64,000 nt of DNA from a bacterium (GTDB lineage: Bacteria; Patescibacteriota; Minisyncoccia; UBA6257; Colwellbacteraceae): positions 74,334 through 138,333 of the forward strand of contig JAJYME010000007.1 of assembly GCA_021787205.1 (NCBI GenBank), given 5' to 3'. Each line of letters begins with the position of its first letter. The first letter of the stretch is position 1. The translations under genes and the position numbers were made by a program. Under the pieces are notes generated by a model. It had not been told where the DNA came from. It saw nothing but the letters and a program-made list of their open reading frames with translations, and searched no databases. Of this stretch, positions 47,872 to 56,990 are shown one piece after another.

Positions 47872-49737
47872 TTATTTCTCCAAAACGGCTTTGATGCGCC
47901 TGATCCCGGATGAGGAGGCCTCCTCTTTAACAATCTTAAAGCGACCCAGCTCAGAAGTGTTCGATACGTGAGGGCCGGAACAGATTTCGTAAGAAGCGAC
48001 GGTGTCACCTTCTCCCATCTTATAAACCTTCACCTTCTCTCCATAACGAGATTCGAAAACACCCATCGCCCCCTTTTCTTTGGCTTCAGGGACGGTCATC
48101 TCTTCGAAAGAAACAGGCAGTGACTCCGCAATCCAACCATTCACCATGTCCTCAACCTGTTTCAATTGCTCCGAAGTTAACTTCTCCGGGTTATTGAAAT
48201 CAAGTCTGGCCCTCTCAGGCGTGATATTGGAGCCTTTCTGAGTCACGTGGTCTCCGAGAACTTTCCTTAAAGCGGCCAACATAAGATGAGTGGCGGTATG
48301 AAGCCTAGTAGTCTCCTCCGAGACATCGCCTAAACCGCTCTTAAACATTCCGGCGGACAGGGAGCGCGAAAGATCCTGGTGCTTCTTGTACTCTTCGTCG
48401 AATTCGGCGCGAATAAAAGAGATTCCTTTTTCAATAACCAGCTCCTCAGTCATCTCGACGGGGAAACCGTAGCTCTGATAAAGGTTGAAGGCATCGACTC
48501 CGGACAACTTACCATCAGCGGAGAACTCCTCAAATTTTTGCAGCCCCTTCTCCAAAGAGATAGCAAACTTCTCCTCTTCCTTTTTAAGCTCGGAGGAAAC
48601 GAATTCCCTATTTCGAACAAGCTCCGGATAAACATCGCCGTAAATGTCGATAACTATCTCAGCCAGCTCATTCAACCAGATCCCCTCGATACCAAGATTC
48701 CTGCCGAACCTGGCGGCGCGACGGATGAGACGGCGGACAAAATAATTCTGCCCGATGTTGCCGGGGGCAACACCCTTATCATCGCCCACGATAAAAGTCG
48801 CCGCCTTGATATGATCAGAGATAATCTCAAACTCCTTTGGATGTTGATAATAAGTCTTATGAGAAAGCTCTCCGATCTTCCTTATCAACGGTTGGAAGAG
48901 ATCTGACTCAAAAATATTATTGTAGTCGTTGGCCGCCAAGATGATCCTTTCCAAGCCGCCGCCAAAATCAACATTCTTGTTTTTCATCTCTTTCCAGCCA
49001 TCTTCGGTTTTCACATATTGCATAAAAACGGAGTTGCCGATTTCCAAGAATCTGCCGCAATCACAATTCAAATGGCAATGCTCGCCGAATTTTTTATCGT
49101 GGGAACGCCCGGTGTCATAAAAAGTCTCCGAATCCGGACCTCCAGGCTCTCCGGTCTTGTCAGATCCCCTGTCCCACCAATTCTTGTCCCTGTAGGCCAT
49201 GATGCGAACCTTGTCAAAATCGACGGGAACGCCAGGACCGAAATCACCCTTACCGGTCGTATCCGGTCCGACTCCGGCGGCGATGCCATATTGGCCGAAT
49301 ATTTCCTGAAGGATTCTGATCGATTCCTCATCCTTAGGGATACCTTTCTCCTCATCACCGACATAAACCGTCTGATAAAGACGTTTGGGGTCGATTTCCA
49401 ACTCCTCAATCAAAAACTGATACCACCACTTCAATTGCTCATTTTTGAAATAATCGCCCAATGACCAGTTGCCAAGCATCTCAAAAAAGGTGTTATGCCT
49501 GTGATCGCCGACTTCCTCAATGTCTCCGGAACGGAAACATTTCTGCGAATCGACGAGACGGTTTCCTTCAGGGTGGGATTCGCCCAAAAGATAGGGAACC
49601 AAGGGAAACATGCCGCTGTTGGTGAACAGAAGCGTTGAGTCCCCTTCCGGGATAAGCGAAGCGGAAGCGATTACTTTATGGTTTCTCTTTGCAAAAAAAT
49701 CGAGATAACGTTGACGAATTTCCTTTGAGCTTAACAT
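47872..49737 (-). CDS. alaS: Alanine--tRNA ligase (short form without C-Ala)
   Basis: LLFTNSGM, RHNTFFEMLGNWSLGDYFK, HTATHL..CSGPHV editing motifs; ends at GIRRIKA. Confidence 0.97.
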   Translation of the reverse strand: MLSSKEIRQRYLDFFAKRNHKVIASASLIPEGDSTLLFTNSGMFPLVPYLLGESHPEGNRLVDSQKCFRSGDIEEVGDHRHNTFFEMLGNWSLGDYFKNEQLKWWYQFLIEELEIDPKRLYQTVYVGDEEKGIPKDEESIRILQEIFGQYGIAAGVGPDTTGKGDFGPGVPVDFDKVRIMAYRDKNWWDRGSDKTGEPGGPDSETFYDTGRSHDKKFGEHCHLNCDCGRFLEIGNSVFMQYVKTEDGWKEMKNKNVDFGGGLERIILAANDYNNIFESDLFQPLIRKIGELSHKTYYQHPKEFEIISDHIKAATFIVGDDKGVAPGNIGQNYFVRRLIRRAARFGRNLGIEGIWLNELAEIVIDIYGDVYPELVRNREFVSSELKKEEEKFAISLEKGLQKFEEFSADGKLSGVDAFNLYQSYGFPVEMTEELVIEKGISFIRAEFDEEYKKHQDLSRSLSAGMFKSGLGDVSEETTRLHTATHLMLAALRKVLGDHVTQKGSNITPERARLDFNNPEKLTSEQLKQVEDMVNGWIAESLPVSFEEMTVPEAKEKGAMGVFESRYGEKVKVYKMGEGDTVASYEICSGPHVSNTSELGRFKIVKEEASSSGIRRIKAVLEK

Positions 49738-49808
49738 TGGTTTTAACTGAGATTATACGCAAAAAGCCGGGATTTGTCATCCCGACTTCGAATCTTATCA
49801 ATTTGGTC

Positions 49809-51506
49809 TTAATTGCGGACAACCCCATCACCGGATCTCACCGTCGGATCGTCTTTAAGCTCGGTGCTGATTTCGCCGAAGTAATTGTTGTACTGCCTCA
49901 GGGTATAAGTATCGTCAGCGGTGATATCCGACTCCGTAATAACGGAACCGTATCCGCCCATATCGGCCGGACTCGGCAGATAGGAAAGCTGAATGACGGC
50001 TTGAGGATCGTCCTTAATCACTCCAGCGCCGGCAGGCAATTTCCCGATGGTCCAGATGAGATATCCATCAGACTCAGAGATCGTGCCAATATTCGTCCTA
50101 TTCTGACCGGTAGCTCTGACCCCTGGAGAGAGCTTTGATCTGACGACGACATTTTCCATGTCGGCGCCGACAGTCGCCAGGTTCATTCTTAAGACATACT
50201 CAGTCGCTTGCCCCACCCTTGGGGGAAACGGGCCGGAATTAAGGATGCCGGAAGCGGCATCGCGGTAAAACAACTTTTGGGTAAGATTGGCTTCTCCGGC
50301 AACTTTATTCTCAAGGCTCAGGACGTTGATGACGGTCTGGCCGTTCATATCCCCCTCGACTGACGCCTTGATCTTCACCGAATAATTCTTATCACTATAG
50401 TTTCTCATCGCAAATGCCTCCTTGGCGTTAACGTAAAAGGAAATAACCGTCTTATCACCCGGTTTCAAAGAAGCCAGCCTGGGCAGAACACTTTGGTCCC
50501 AGGTTATCTTATTCCCCGAAACTCTCATCCCCTCTTTTGAGGAGATTGTCGTGACGTCGATCATCTTGGAATCAAGCTCGGCAGCCAGGACGACGTTTTT
50601 AATCTCATTGGAGCTGAGGTTGCTAAGACCGATGTCGTATTTAAGTTCCGCGCCGGAAACGACCGTAATCCCGCTCGGGCTGTCATTCAAGGAAATGCTC
50701 ATCCCTAAGCTGGACTTGTCGCCCTTGATGGAAAAATCTTTCTCCGCCAGGACGGTTTTCTGGCCATCGGTCCCGTTAACCTTAACAACCCGAATGACAA
50801 TCTTTTCCTCCTTGCCTTCTTCCAAGGTGGCTAATCCCGAGAAGGTCCTCTTCTTTTCCGAATTGACGGGAAGACTCAAGCTCTCGCCGGAATTGAAGTT
50901 GGTAGAGATGCTATCGGGGATATCAGCCTCCAAGACGACGTTCCATTCCCTATCCGATTTGTTTCTTAGGTCAACGCTCCAATCGAATCTATCCCCTCCC
51001 TTAACGGCTTCCGGCGCCGTAATCGAGATGTCGACAGGAGTGTCGACAAGGATTTCTTTGGTTGCCGTCAAACGCAGTTTCTGCCCCAAATTCTTGGGAG
51101 TATAAAGAGCAACCGCGTGTAAGACGCGATCGAGGTTCTTATCCTTAACGATGATTGAAAAATCCTCTTTTACCGTCTCTCCGACGTCCACCACGGACAT
51201 TTCCCTCAAGGCCCTCAGTTGGTCTTCGTTCGATTCAAAAACAACCCCAGTCGGCAAGACTAACTCAATCGATGAATTCTCCAAAGGAGTCTTTGAGTTA
51301 TTCTGAAGGGTGACGGAAATCACAGTCGGCACCCCGACGACGACGGACTTCGGCAAATCGAAATCAAGTTGGACCCCATCCCCTCTAAAAAATGAAATGA
51401 ATAAGAACAAACCGATGGCGGACAAGATAAGTCCTCCAACTAAAAGGATTCCCCACTGCGTTTTTCTCGGACGCTCCTTAAACTTCTTGATAGACAAGAC
51501 TGGCAT
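49809..51506 (-). CDS. Membrane-anchored protein with tandem Ig-like (DUF11-like) domains
   Basis: N-terminal TM, repeated beta domains, NSGPFPPRVGQATEY motif. Confidence 0.75.
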   Translation of the reverse strand: MPVLSIKKFKERPRKTQWGILLVGGLILSAIGLFLFISFFRGDGVQLDFDLPKSVVVGVPTVISVTLQNNSKTPLENSSIELVLPTGVVFESNEDQLRALREMSVVDVGETVKEDFSIIVKDKNLDRVLHAVALYTPKNLGQKLRLTATKEILVDTPVDISITAPEAVKGGDRFDWSVDLRNKSDREWNVVLEADIPDSISTNFNSGESLSLPVNSEKKRTFSGLATLEEGKEEKIVIRVVKVNGTDGQKTVLAEKDFSIKGDKSSLGMSISLNDSPSGITVVSGAELKYDIGLSNLSSNEIKNVVLAAELDSKMIDVTTISSKEGMRVSGNKITWDQSVLPRLASLKPGDKTVISFYVNAKEAFAMRNYSDKNYSVKIKASVEGDMNGQTVINVLSLENKVAGEANLTQKLFYRDAASGILNSGPFPPRVGQATEYVLRMNLATVGADMENVVVRSKLSPGVRATGQNRTNIGTISESDGYLIWTIGKLPAGAGVIKDDPQAVIQLSYLPSPADMGGYGSVITESDITADDTYTLRQYNNYFGEISTELKDDPTVRSGDGVVRN

Positions 51507-51973
51507 AAGAAAATTATATTACTTTTCGAGAAATAAACAATTTTTTCACTGCCGCAAATTCCACACTTGGCATACTTAGGATCATATCCCGCCAAGGACA
51601 GGATGAGATTGGAATCGTTTCTTCCGGAAAGAAGATTATTCACGACACCGTCAAAAAAGATCTCGTCCGGGAACTCAAAAGGAATGATCGAGTTTATAAG
51701 ATCAAGGGTCCTCATGTATTCAGGGCCGGAGACCTTATCAACAAGAAGGGCCTCCGCGAGACGAAGATTCGAATCGTGCGTCTTCCTAACCAAGCGCAGA
51801 GACGAGAAAGAGCCGGGCTCCAGATGTCCCGCCAATTTGGAAGTGATCTTCCCGGCGCTGCCAGCCTTAGCCTTTACCTTGCCGAATTCCGCAGTCAGGA
51901 TGACATACGAATAATCAACCTCGTTGACGACGGTCTTATCCAAAACCAAACCTTTTATCTGATACTCGATCAT
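51440..51973 (-). CDS. recO: DNA repair protein RecO (short)
   Basis: EVDYSYVILTAEFGKVKAKA..SKLAGHLEP, GYDP..CGIC..LCQSC Zn motif. Confidence 0.88.
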   Translation of the reverse strand: MIEYQIKGLVLDKTVVNEVDYSYVILTAEFGKVKAKAGSAGKITSKLAGHLEPGSFSSLRLVRKTHDSNLRLAEALLVDKVSGPEYMRTLDLINSIIPFEFPDEIFFDGVVNNLLSGRNDSNLILSLAGYDPKYAKCGICGSEKIVYFSKSNIIFLCQSCLSRSLRSVREKRSGESF

Positions 51974-52076
51974 TGAATATGAAGATTATAACAAAAATCC
52001 CGCAAAGAGAGATATCTCTCCTTGCGGGATTTGTCCGGATATAAACTGATTTCTTTTTGTTTTGGTTTTTTGCCTT

Positions 52077-52559
52077 TTAGAGGACTTCGATTCGGGCTTT
52101 TCTTAAACCGAACTTTATTGCTTCTTCTCTCGTTTGGAACCAGATATCCAACTTCCTATCGTTTTTAGGAGCCATCCTGTCTTCTACGGTGAAGACGGAA
52201 TTTCCCTGATAGTTTATAGGATTACCTGTCGTTAAGTCCACGATGCGGACTTTAGTTCCTAGCGGAAGCCAGTTTGCGGCGACAATGCCCGGTCTTACAT
52301 TTTTACCGGACGCCGTTATAAACGGTGTATCGTCTGTCTGCCCCTCTTCTGAGGAGTAGGCCGTAATTACTGTTTCCACCGACCTTGAGGAAGAAAACTC
52401 GTTCTTGGCAAGAAGCGAATCGTCCCCAGGAACAAGATATGGATGACTCTGAACCATCGGAGCGGGCGAAGTTACTTGATTATCTGAAATAGTTCCGGAA
52501 GTAATCAAGCTCGCCGCCATAGCCGTTCCCAAAGCGAGAAACTTACTCATTTGCGGCAA
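52077..52559 (-). CDS. 3D-domain protein (putative peptidoglycan lytic enzyme)
   Basis: TAYSS..QTDDTPFITASG, AANWLPLGTKV, VEDRM, LDIWF; alternative start ATG 52550. Confidence 0.88.
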   Translation of the reverse strand: MPQMSKFLALGTAMAASLITSGTISDNQVTSPAPMVQSHPYLVPGDDSLLAKNEFSSSRSVETVITAYSSEEGQTDDTPFITASGKNVRPGIVAANWLPLGTKVRIVDLTTGNPINYQGNSVFTVEDRMAPKNDRKLDIWFQTREEAIKFGLRKARIEVL

Positions 52560-52658
52560 TAAAAAATTCCCTTTATAGGGGACTCTTTTACTGCTTGCCT
52601 AAAGTATAGCACAAACCAGACCACGGGTCAATACTTTTGTCAAAAAACCGCATAAAAC

Positions 52659-52994
52659 CTAGGCTTTTTGACCGTCTCCGGTCCCTTTTGGCGGCTCCTT
52701 AGGCAGACCCCACTGCCAACGAGGCTTCTCTCCTGTCTTGTGGGCGATAATAATGAGAAGAGCGGTAAGCGCAGCAATCGGCAAAGCGAATGTTAGAAAA
52801 TTGCTTCCCGAATCAGGATTTCCAGGGATATTTTTTTCTCTGGTAAGCGCGATGCCCAGGACAAGCAGGATATAAAGGGAGACAACAAACCAGCCCTGCC
52901 ATCTTACCGGAGTCCAACCCCAGCCATAGGCTTTCGCCTTGAACCAATAACCCTTCGGGTTGTCTTTGAGATAAGAAACATATCTGCTGAACAT
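52659..52994 (-). CDS. Small membrane protein
   Basis: WFKAKAYGWGWTP..WQGW motif, two TM helices, GEKPRWQWG. Confidence 0.8.
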   Translation of the reverse strand: MFSRYVSYLKDNPKGYWFKAKAYGWGWTPVRWQGWFVVSLYILLVLGIALTREKNIPGNPDSGSNFLTFALPIAALTALLIIIAHKTGEKPRWQWGLPKEPPKGTGDGQKA

Positions 52995-53041
52995 ACTTTC
53001 ATTATACTAAAGTCCTGGAGAAAAATCTTTGTCGCAAGGAT

Positions 53042-53326
53042 CTAGAGGAACGCTTTCAAGAGGAAGCCGACCAGGATTGCCTGAACCACCAAGATTCCAA
53101 AGAACCAAGCCAGGAAACTGCTTTTTCTGGTTTTATGACGGAACATTCTCATGGCAAGGATCGCCCCGACTGAGCCCCCAAAAAGAGCCAGCCCAAGGAG
53201 AGTCCTTTCCCGGACCCGGCGGACATCGGTGCCGGCGGCCGCCTTGTCAAAACCATAAACAAGCAAGGTAAAGACGTTGATTGCGATAAGATATATGAAA
53301 ATTATTTCCCATGATATATTTCCCAT
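53042..53326 (-). CDS. DUF1294-family membrane protein
   Basis: YGFDKAAA..RRVRERTL..LALFGGSVGA..MFRHKTRK. Confidence 0.88.
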   Translation of the reverse strand: MGNISWEIIFIYLIAINVFTLLVYGFDKAAAGTDVRRVRERTLLGLALFGGSVGAILAMRMFRHKTRKSSFLAWFFGILVVQAILVGFLLKAFL

Positions 53327-53394
53327 TGTGTATATAACTATCTATTTAATAACATCAAGATTCACTATATTAATAAATAATCCCCTTTCGGGGA

Positions 53395-53628
53395 TTATTT
53401 ATCTAGCCATTCTTCTTTAGGAATCCCCGATTGTATAATTATTGATCTTAAGGTTTTCGGATTAATCACATCCCCTTTATGAAATGGTATCGTGACGATT
53501 CTTTCCTGCCCGTTGTAAAAACAAGAATAGTACATATGGCTGCCTCTCATATGAGTATTTGAAAACCCATATTTTTTGAGAAATCTCATAACATCCTCAG
53601 CTCTCCAATTTAACAATCCTCTTACCAT
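53395..53628 (-). CDS. hicA: HicA-family mRNA interferase toxin
   Basis: LKKYGF..RGSH..VTIPFH..KTLRSIIIQSG. Confidence 0.88.
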   Translation of the reverse strand: MVRGLLNWRAEDVMRFLKKYGFSNTHMRGSHMYYSCFYNGQERIVTIPFHKGDVINPKTLRSIIIQSGIPKEEWLDK

Positions 53629-53630
53629 AT

Positions 53631-53960
53631 TTATGCGGTTACGAGTCTTTTATTCATATTAAGTTCGCCAAATGTAAATATTCTATTTTTGTTTTTTTCA
53701 GTTTCACGCTCCTCCCACATTATCGTATACTCCTTATCGGGAACCTGATTTAGAACATCTGGTCTCGCTTTTACTTTAATAGCGGTCTCAACATATCCTT
53801 TCAATGCCTCAAAGAGAAGCATCATTGCTTCTTGAGGAGTTGACCCCGTCTCAACAATATTAAACTCCAATCCTACAGCAAACCAATCATTGCCCTCTTT
53901 AAAAACAATATATCTCACCGAACCCTTTTGAAGAGTATTTTTATATCGCTTTATTGCCAT
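53631..53960 (-). CDS. HicB-like antitoxin (N-terminal domain only)
   Basis: WFAVGLEFNIVETGSTPQEA fold signature; 2 nt upstream of hicA. Confidence 0.75.
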   Translation of the reverse strand: MAIKRYKNTLQKGSVRYIVFKEGNDWFAVGLEFNIVETGSTPQEAMMLLFEALKGYVETAIKVKARPDVLNQVPDKEYTIMWEERETEKNKNRIFTFGELNMNKRLVTA

Positions 53961-54057
53961 TAATTAAATTATATGAAAGTTTTACTATCTTTACAAACAC
54001 GTATTTTATGTATCAAATTCACCTACAAAACATCCCCTTCGCAGGGGATATTTTTTG

Positions 54058-54141
54058 TGCGCAAGAGAGGACTCGAACCTCCAAGCCCTTGCGGGCGCTA
54101 CCACCTCAAGGTAGTGCGTCTACCAATTTCGCCACCTGCGC
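54058..54141 (-). tRNA. tRNA-Leu(GAG)
   Basis: GCGCAGG-TGGCGAAATTGGTAGACGC-A-CTACC TTGAGGT GGTAG, long variable arm GCCCGCAAGGGC, GGAGG TTCGAGT CCTCT. Confidence 0.94.
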
Positions 54142-54237
54142 GTGATATGAATACATCTTACGACAATTCCGCCAAATTATCAAGTTTATATTACGCAATA
54201 TCCCGCCCTTCGGCGGGATATGCGAATATATATTTCT

Positions 54238-54564
54238 TTAATAAGAGAGGCCGAGCTTCTCTTTGATCTTCTTAACCGGCAATTCTCTAACATAGTAGAG
54301 CTTGGATCGGCTAATTTTCTTAGGAGAAGAAACTATTTCAATCTTCGCGATAAGCGGAGAATGGACAGGATAAATCTTTTCCAATCCATATTCGCCTAAT
54401 TTTCCGCGAACGGTAATAGTCGCGCCATTCTCATTACCGCGCTTGTGGGCGATAATGATTCCGGAGAAGACGCTGATACGCTCTTTGTCTCCTTCCTTGA
54501 TGCGCTCATGAACCTTAATCTTGGCTCCCGGCTTCAAATTTTTCAGGATTTCCTGGTCAATCAC
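54238..54564 (-). CDS. rplS: 50S ribosomal protein L19
   Basis: KVHERIKEGDKERI..FSGIII, YPVHSP, RSKLYYVR. Confidence 0.97.
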   Translation of the reverse strand: MIDQEILKNLKPGAKIKVHERIKEGDKERISVFSGIIIAHKRGNENGATITVRGKLGEYGLEKIYPVHSPLIAKIEIVSSPKKISRSKLYYVRELPVKKIKEKLGLSY

Positions 54565-54574
54565 GTTATCTATA

Positions 54575-55297
54575 TTAGATTATTTTAAGGGTTTCCGTCA
54601 AGTCTTCCGGCAAATCCGCCATTATTTTGACCTTTTTCCCCTTCCGGTCGATAAAAGACAGCTGGTGACAGTGGAGAAACTGACGATTAAGCTTAAGCTC
54701 GGTCTTTTTCTCCTTCTTGCCGCCATAAAGCTTATCTCCGACAATCGGATGCCCGATTGAGGCTAAATGGACCCTGATCTGGTGAGTGCGCCCGGTTTTC
54801 GGGCTTACTTCCAGCAAGGTGAACTCTTGATACCTCTTTTTGACCTTATATCCAGTCTGAGCATCTTTCACCATCTTGCCGCCATGGATGGTCCTTTTGG
54901 TGGTGCCGCTTATAAGCCCGATAGGCTTATCAATCACCCCCTCGTCATTCTTGACCTCGCCAAAGACGAGAGCGAGATAAGTCTTATGCATCTCCGCCTG
55001 CTGGAAAAGAGATTTGAGATAATCAAAAGATTCCTGGCTTCGGGCCACAAGCATAGCGCCAGAGGTCTCTTTATCAAGCCTATGGACAATGCCCGGACGG
55101 AATTCGGGATCGTCGCCGACCGTTTTCGTTTCTGGATAGTTCTTAACAATCCAATCAGTCAGATATACTTCGCCCTCCTTGTCGCCCTCCTCCCTTTTGG
55201 CCTTAGCTTCCTCCAAATGCTTGATGCGATGGACGGTGACGCCATAGGGTTTGTTAATGGCGATATAATCCTTGTCTTCTTTAATAACTTCTATCAT
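54575..55297 (-). CDS. RluA/RluD-family pseudouridine synthase
   Basis: RPGIVHRLDKETSG, TGRTHQIRVH, GHPIVGDKLYG. Confidence 0.95.
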   Translation of the reverse strand: MIEVIKEDKDYIAINKPYGVTVHRIKHLEEAKAKREEGDKEGEVYLTDWIVKNYPETKTVGDDPEFRPGIVHRLDKETSGAMLVARSQESFDYLKSLFQQAEMHKTYLALVFGEVKNDEGVIDKPIGLISGTTKRTIHGGKMVKDAQTGYKVKKRYQEFTLLEVSPKTGRTHQIRVHLASIGHPIVGDKLYGGKKEKKTELKLNRQFLHCHQLSFIDRKGKKVKIMADLPEDLTETLKII

Positions 55298-56163
55298 TAG
55301 TCTAGAAAAATCTTATTTGCTTTTATTTTCGAACCAAAGAATCCGCTCCCAAGACTCTCAAACTTCTCTGTTAGATCGGTAGTATAGAATTCAGTCACGC
55401 CATTACGGCTCAGCCTTGAATCAATTTCACCGTCCCTGCTTAAATAATCAATCAACTTCTTGGGAACAACCTTTTCACTGGAGATGATTTCGATCTCATC
55501 ACCAACCAGGCCTCTTATCTTGTCTTCCAAAATCCCGTAATGAGTGCACCCTAAGATTAGCGTGTCTATCCCCTCCTCGATTAAGGGATCAAGGTATTTT
55601 TTAAGAAGAAAGTCGGCGGCCGGAGAGTCGTGTTCGCCCTCCTCGATCAGGGGAACTAAGAGCGGGCAGGCATTCTGATATATCTCCGCCTGGGGAAAAA
55701 TCTTCTTGATTTCCCTAATGAACGCCCCAGACTTGACCGTACCTTCAGTAGCGATGACGCCAATCTTTCCATTCTTCGATCTTTCAACTGCTTCTTCCGC
55801 TCCCGGGATCAGGACGCCAAGCACCTTCTTCTTGGGATAGAGTTCGGGCAAATATTCCTGCTGGATTTTGCGAAGAGCCTCGGAAGAGGCCGTATTGCAA
55901 GCAAAGACGACGAGCTCGCAGTCATTCCTAAATAGAAAATCAGTCGCTTGTTTGGAGAACTCATAGATGACATCTTGCGAGCGGGCGCCATAAGGAGCCC
56001 GGGCGGTATCGCCGAGATAAACGAAATCATATTCCGGCATTTCTCTCACTATCCCTCGGAGAACATTTATCCCCCCGAAGCCAGAGTCAAAAACGCCGAT
56101 ACTTTTTTTGTCCTTGTTCATATTATGTCCAATTCCCTTTGTATTCATATTACAACAATCCAA
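55297..56163 (-). CDS. murI: Glutamate racemase
   Basis: IGVFDSGFGG, ACNTAS, LILGCTHY; true start may be 56148 or 56121. Confidence 0.96.
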   Translation of the reverse strand: MDCCNMNTKGIGHNMNKDKKSIGVFDSGFGGINVLRGIVREMPEYDFVYLGDTARAPYGARSQDVIYEFSKQATDFLFRNDCELVVFACNTASSEALRKIQQEYLPELYPKKKVLGVLIPGAEEAVERSKNGKIGVIATEGTVKSGAFIREIKKIFPQAEIYQNACPLLVPLIEEGEHDSPAADFLLKKYLDPLIEEGIDTLILGCTHYGILEDKIRGLVGDEIEIISSEKVVPKKLIDYLSRDGEIDSRLSRNGVTEFYTTDLTEKFESLGSGFFGSKIKANKIFLD

Positions 56164-56226
56164 AACAAAAGACAGTAATGACTAGCCTAACAAAAGGCCG
56201 CAACAATCACGTTGCGGCCAGGGAGA

Positions 56227-56460
56227 TCATCCAACCTTCTTTCTCGATCTCGGCTCAGCCACTCCGGAGAGGACCCGGTTCGTGTAACGCCGTCCGCGCC
56301 CGCAGGTGACCTCAACGCTCCCGACCGCCCTTACAGCACGAACGGACTGATCGAAACCACACAGGAGCGGCCAACGGCAACAGCTCAGAACGCAAAGCGC
56401 CTTCCGGGGAGTCATCCTCCTAGCGAAACGGACCCAGTCCATAAAACCGAACTTCTTCAT
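56227..56460 (-). CDS. Small basic Cys-containing orphan protein
   Basis: GAGGAG SD upstream of ATG 56460; followed by the hairpin GGCCGCAAC/GTTGCGGCC. Confidence 0.4.
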   Translation of the reverse strand: MKKFGFMDWVRFARRMTPRKALCVLSCCRWPLLCGFDQSVRAVRAVGSVEVTCGRGRRYTNRVLSGVAEPRSRKKVG

Positions 56461-56566
56461 AAACCCCCACTCCTCTCTTTGGGTCAAGCCGAAAATTAAT
56501 AAAAATTTCTGATTCCAGTCTAGCATGACGGGATAAAAATACAAAATCCCGCCCTTTCGGATAGGA

Positions 56567-56710
56567 TTTTTGCGGGTGATACCGGACATCAAACAAATTT
56601 CTCTTAAACAAGAAATTTCATAAAACCTCTCGGTTTTATGGGAATCCTATGCGGGGAAAACCACCAGACATTTCTCCCAGACCCCTTTTCGGTTCGAGTC
56701 CTCATCGCCA
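56567..56710. repeat. tRNA-associated structured element, copy C (downstream of tRNA-Val)
   Basis: Core 56619-56695 matches 3491-3567 at 65/77 without gaps; inverted tRNA-Val end at 56691-56710; degenerate direct repeat at 56567-56587. Confidence 0.85.
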
Positions 56711-56747
56711 TAAATAAAACCCCTCTTGCGAGGGGCTTTATTTTTTG

Positions 56748-56821
56748 TGGGCGATACTGGACTCGAACCAGTGACCTTTACAATGTCAATGTAACGCTCT
56801 AACCAGCTGAGCTAACCGCCC
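56748..56821 (-). tRNA. tRNA-Val(GAC)
   Basis: GGGCGGT-TAGCTCAGCTGGTTAGAGC-G-TTACA TTGACAT TGTAA-AGGTC-ACTGG TTCGAGT CCAGT-ATCGCCC-A. Confidence 0.94.
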
Positions 56822-56859
56822 TCAATTGTCTTTATAAATTCCGCGGAGCGAAATTTATG

Positions 56860-56931
56860 TGGGCGTACTTGGAATCGGACCAAGGACCTCTGTCTTATCA
56901 GGACAGCGTTCTACCACTGAACTATGCGCCC
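56860..56931 (-). tRNA. tRNA-Ile(GAT)
   Basis: GGGCGCA...CTGTC CTGATAA GACAG...CTTGG TCCGATT CCAAG TACGCCC-A. Confidence 0.92.
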
Positions 56932-56990
56932 TCAAAATGTATTAACAATATAATACATTCCGCAGGTTTAATCAACCCCCCATCTATATT

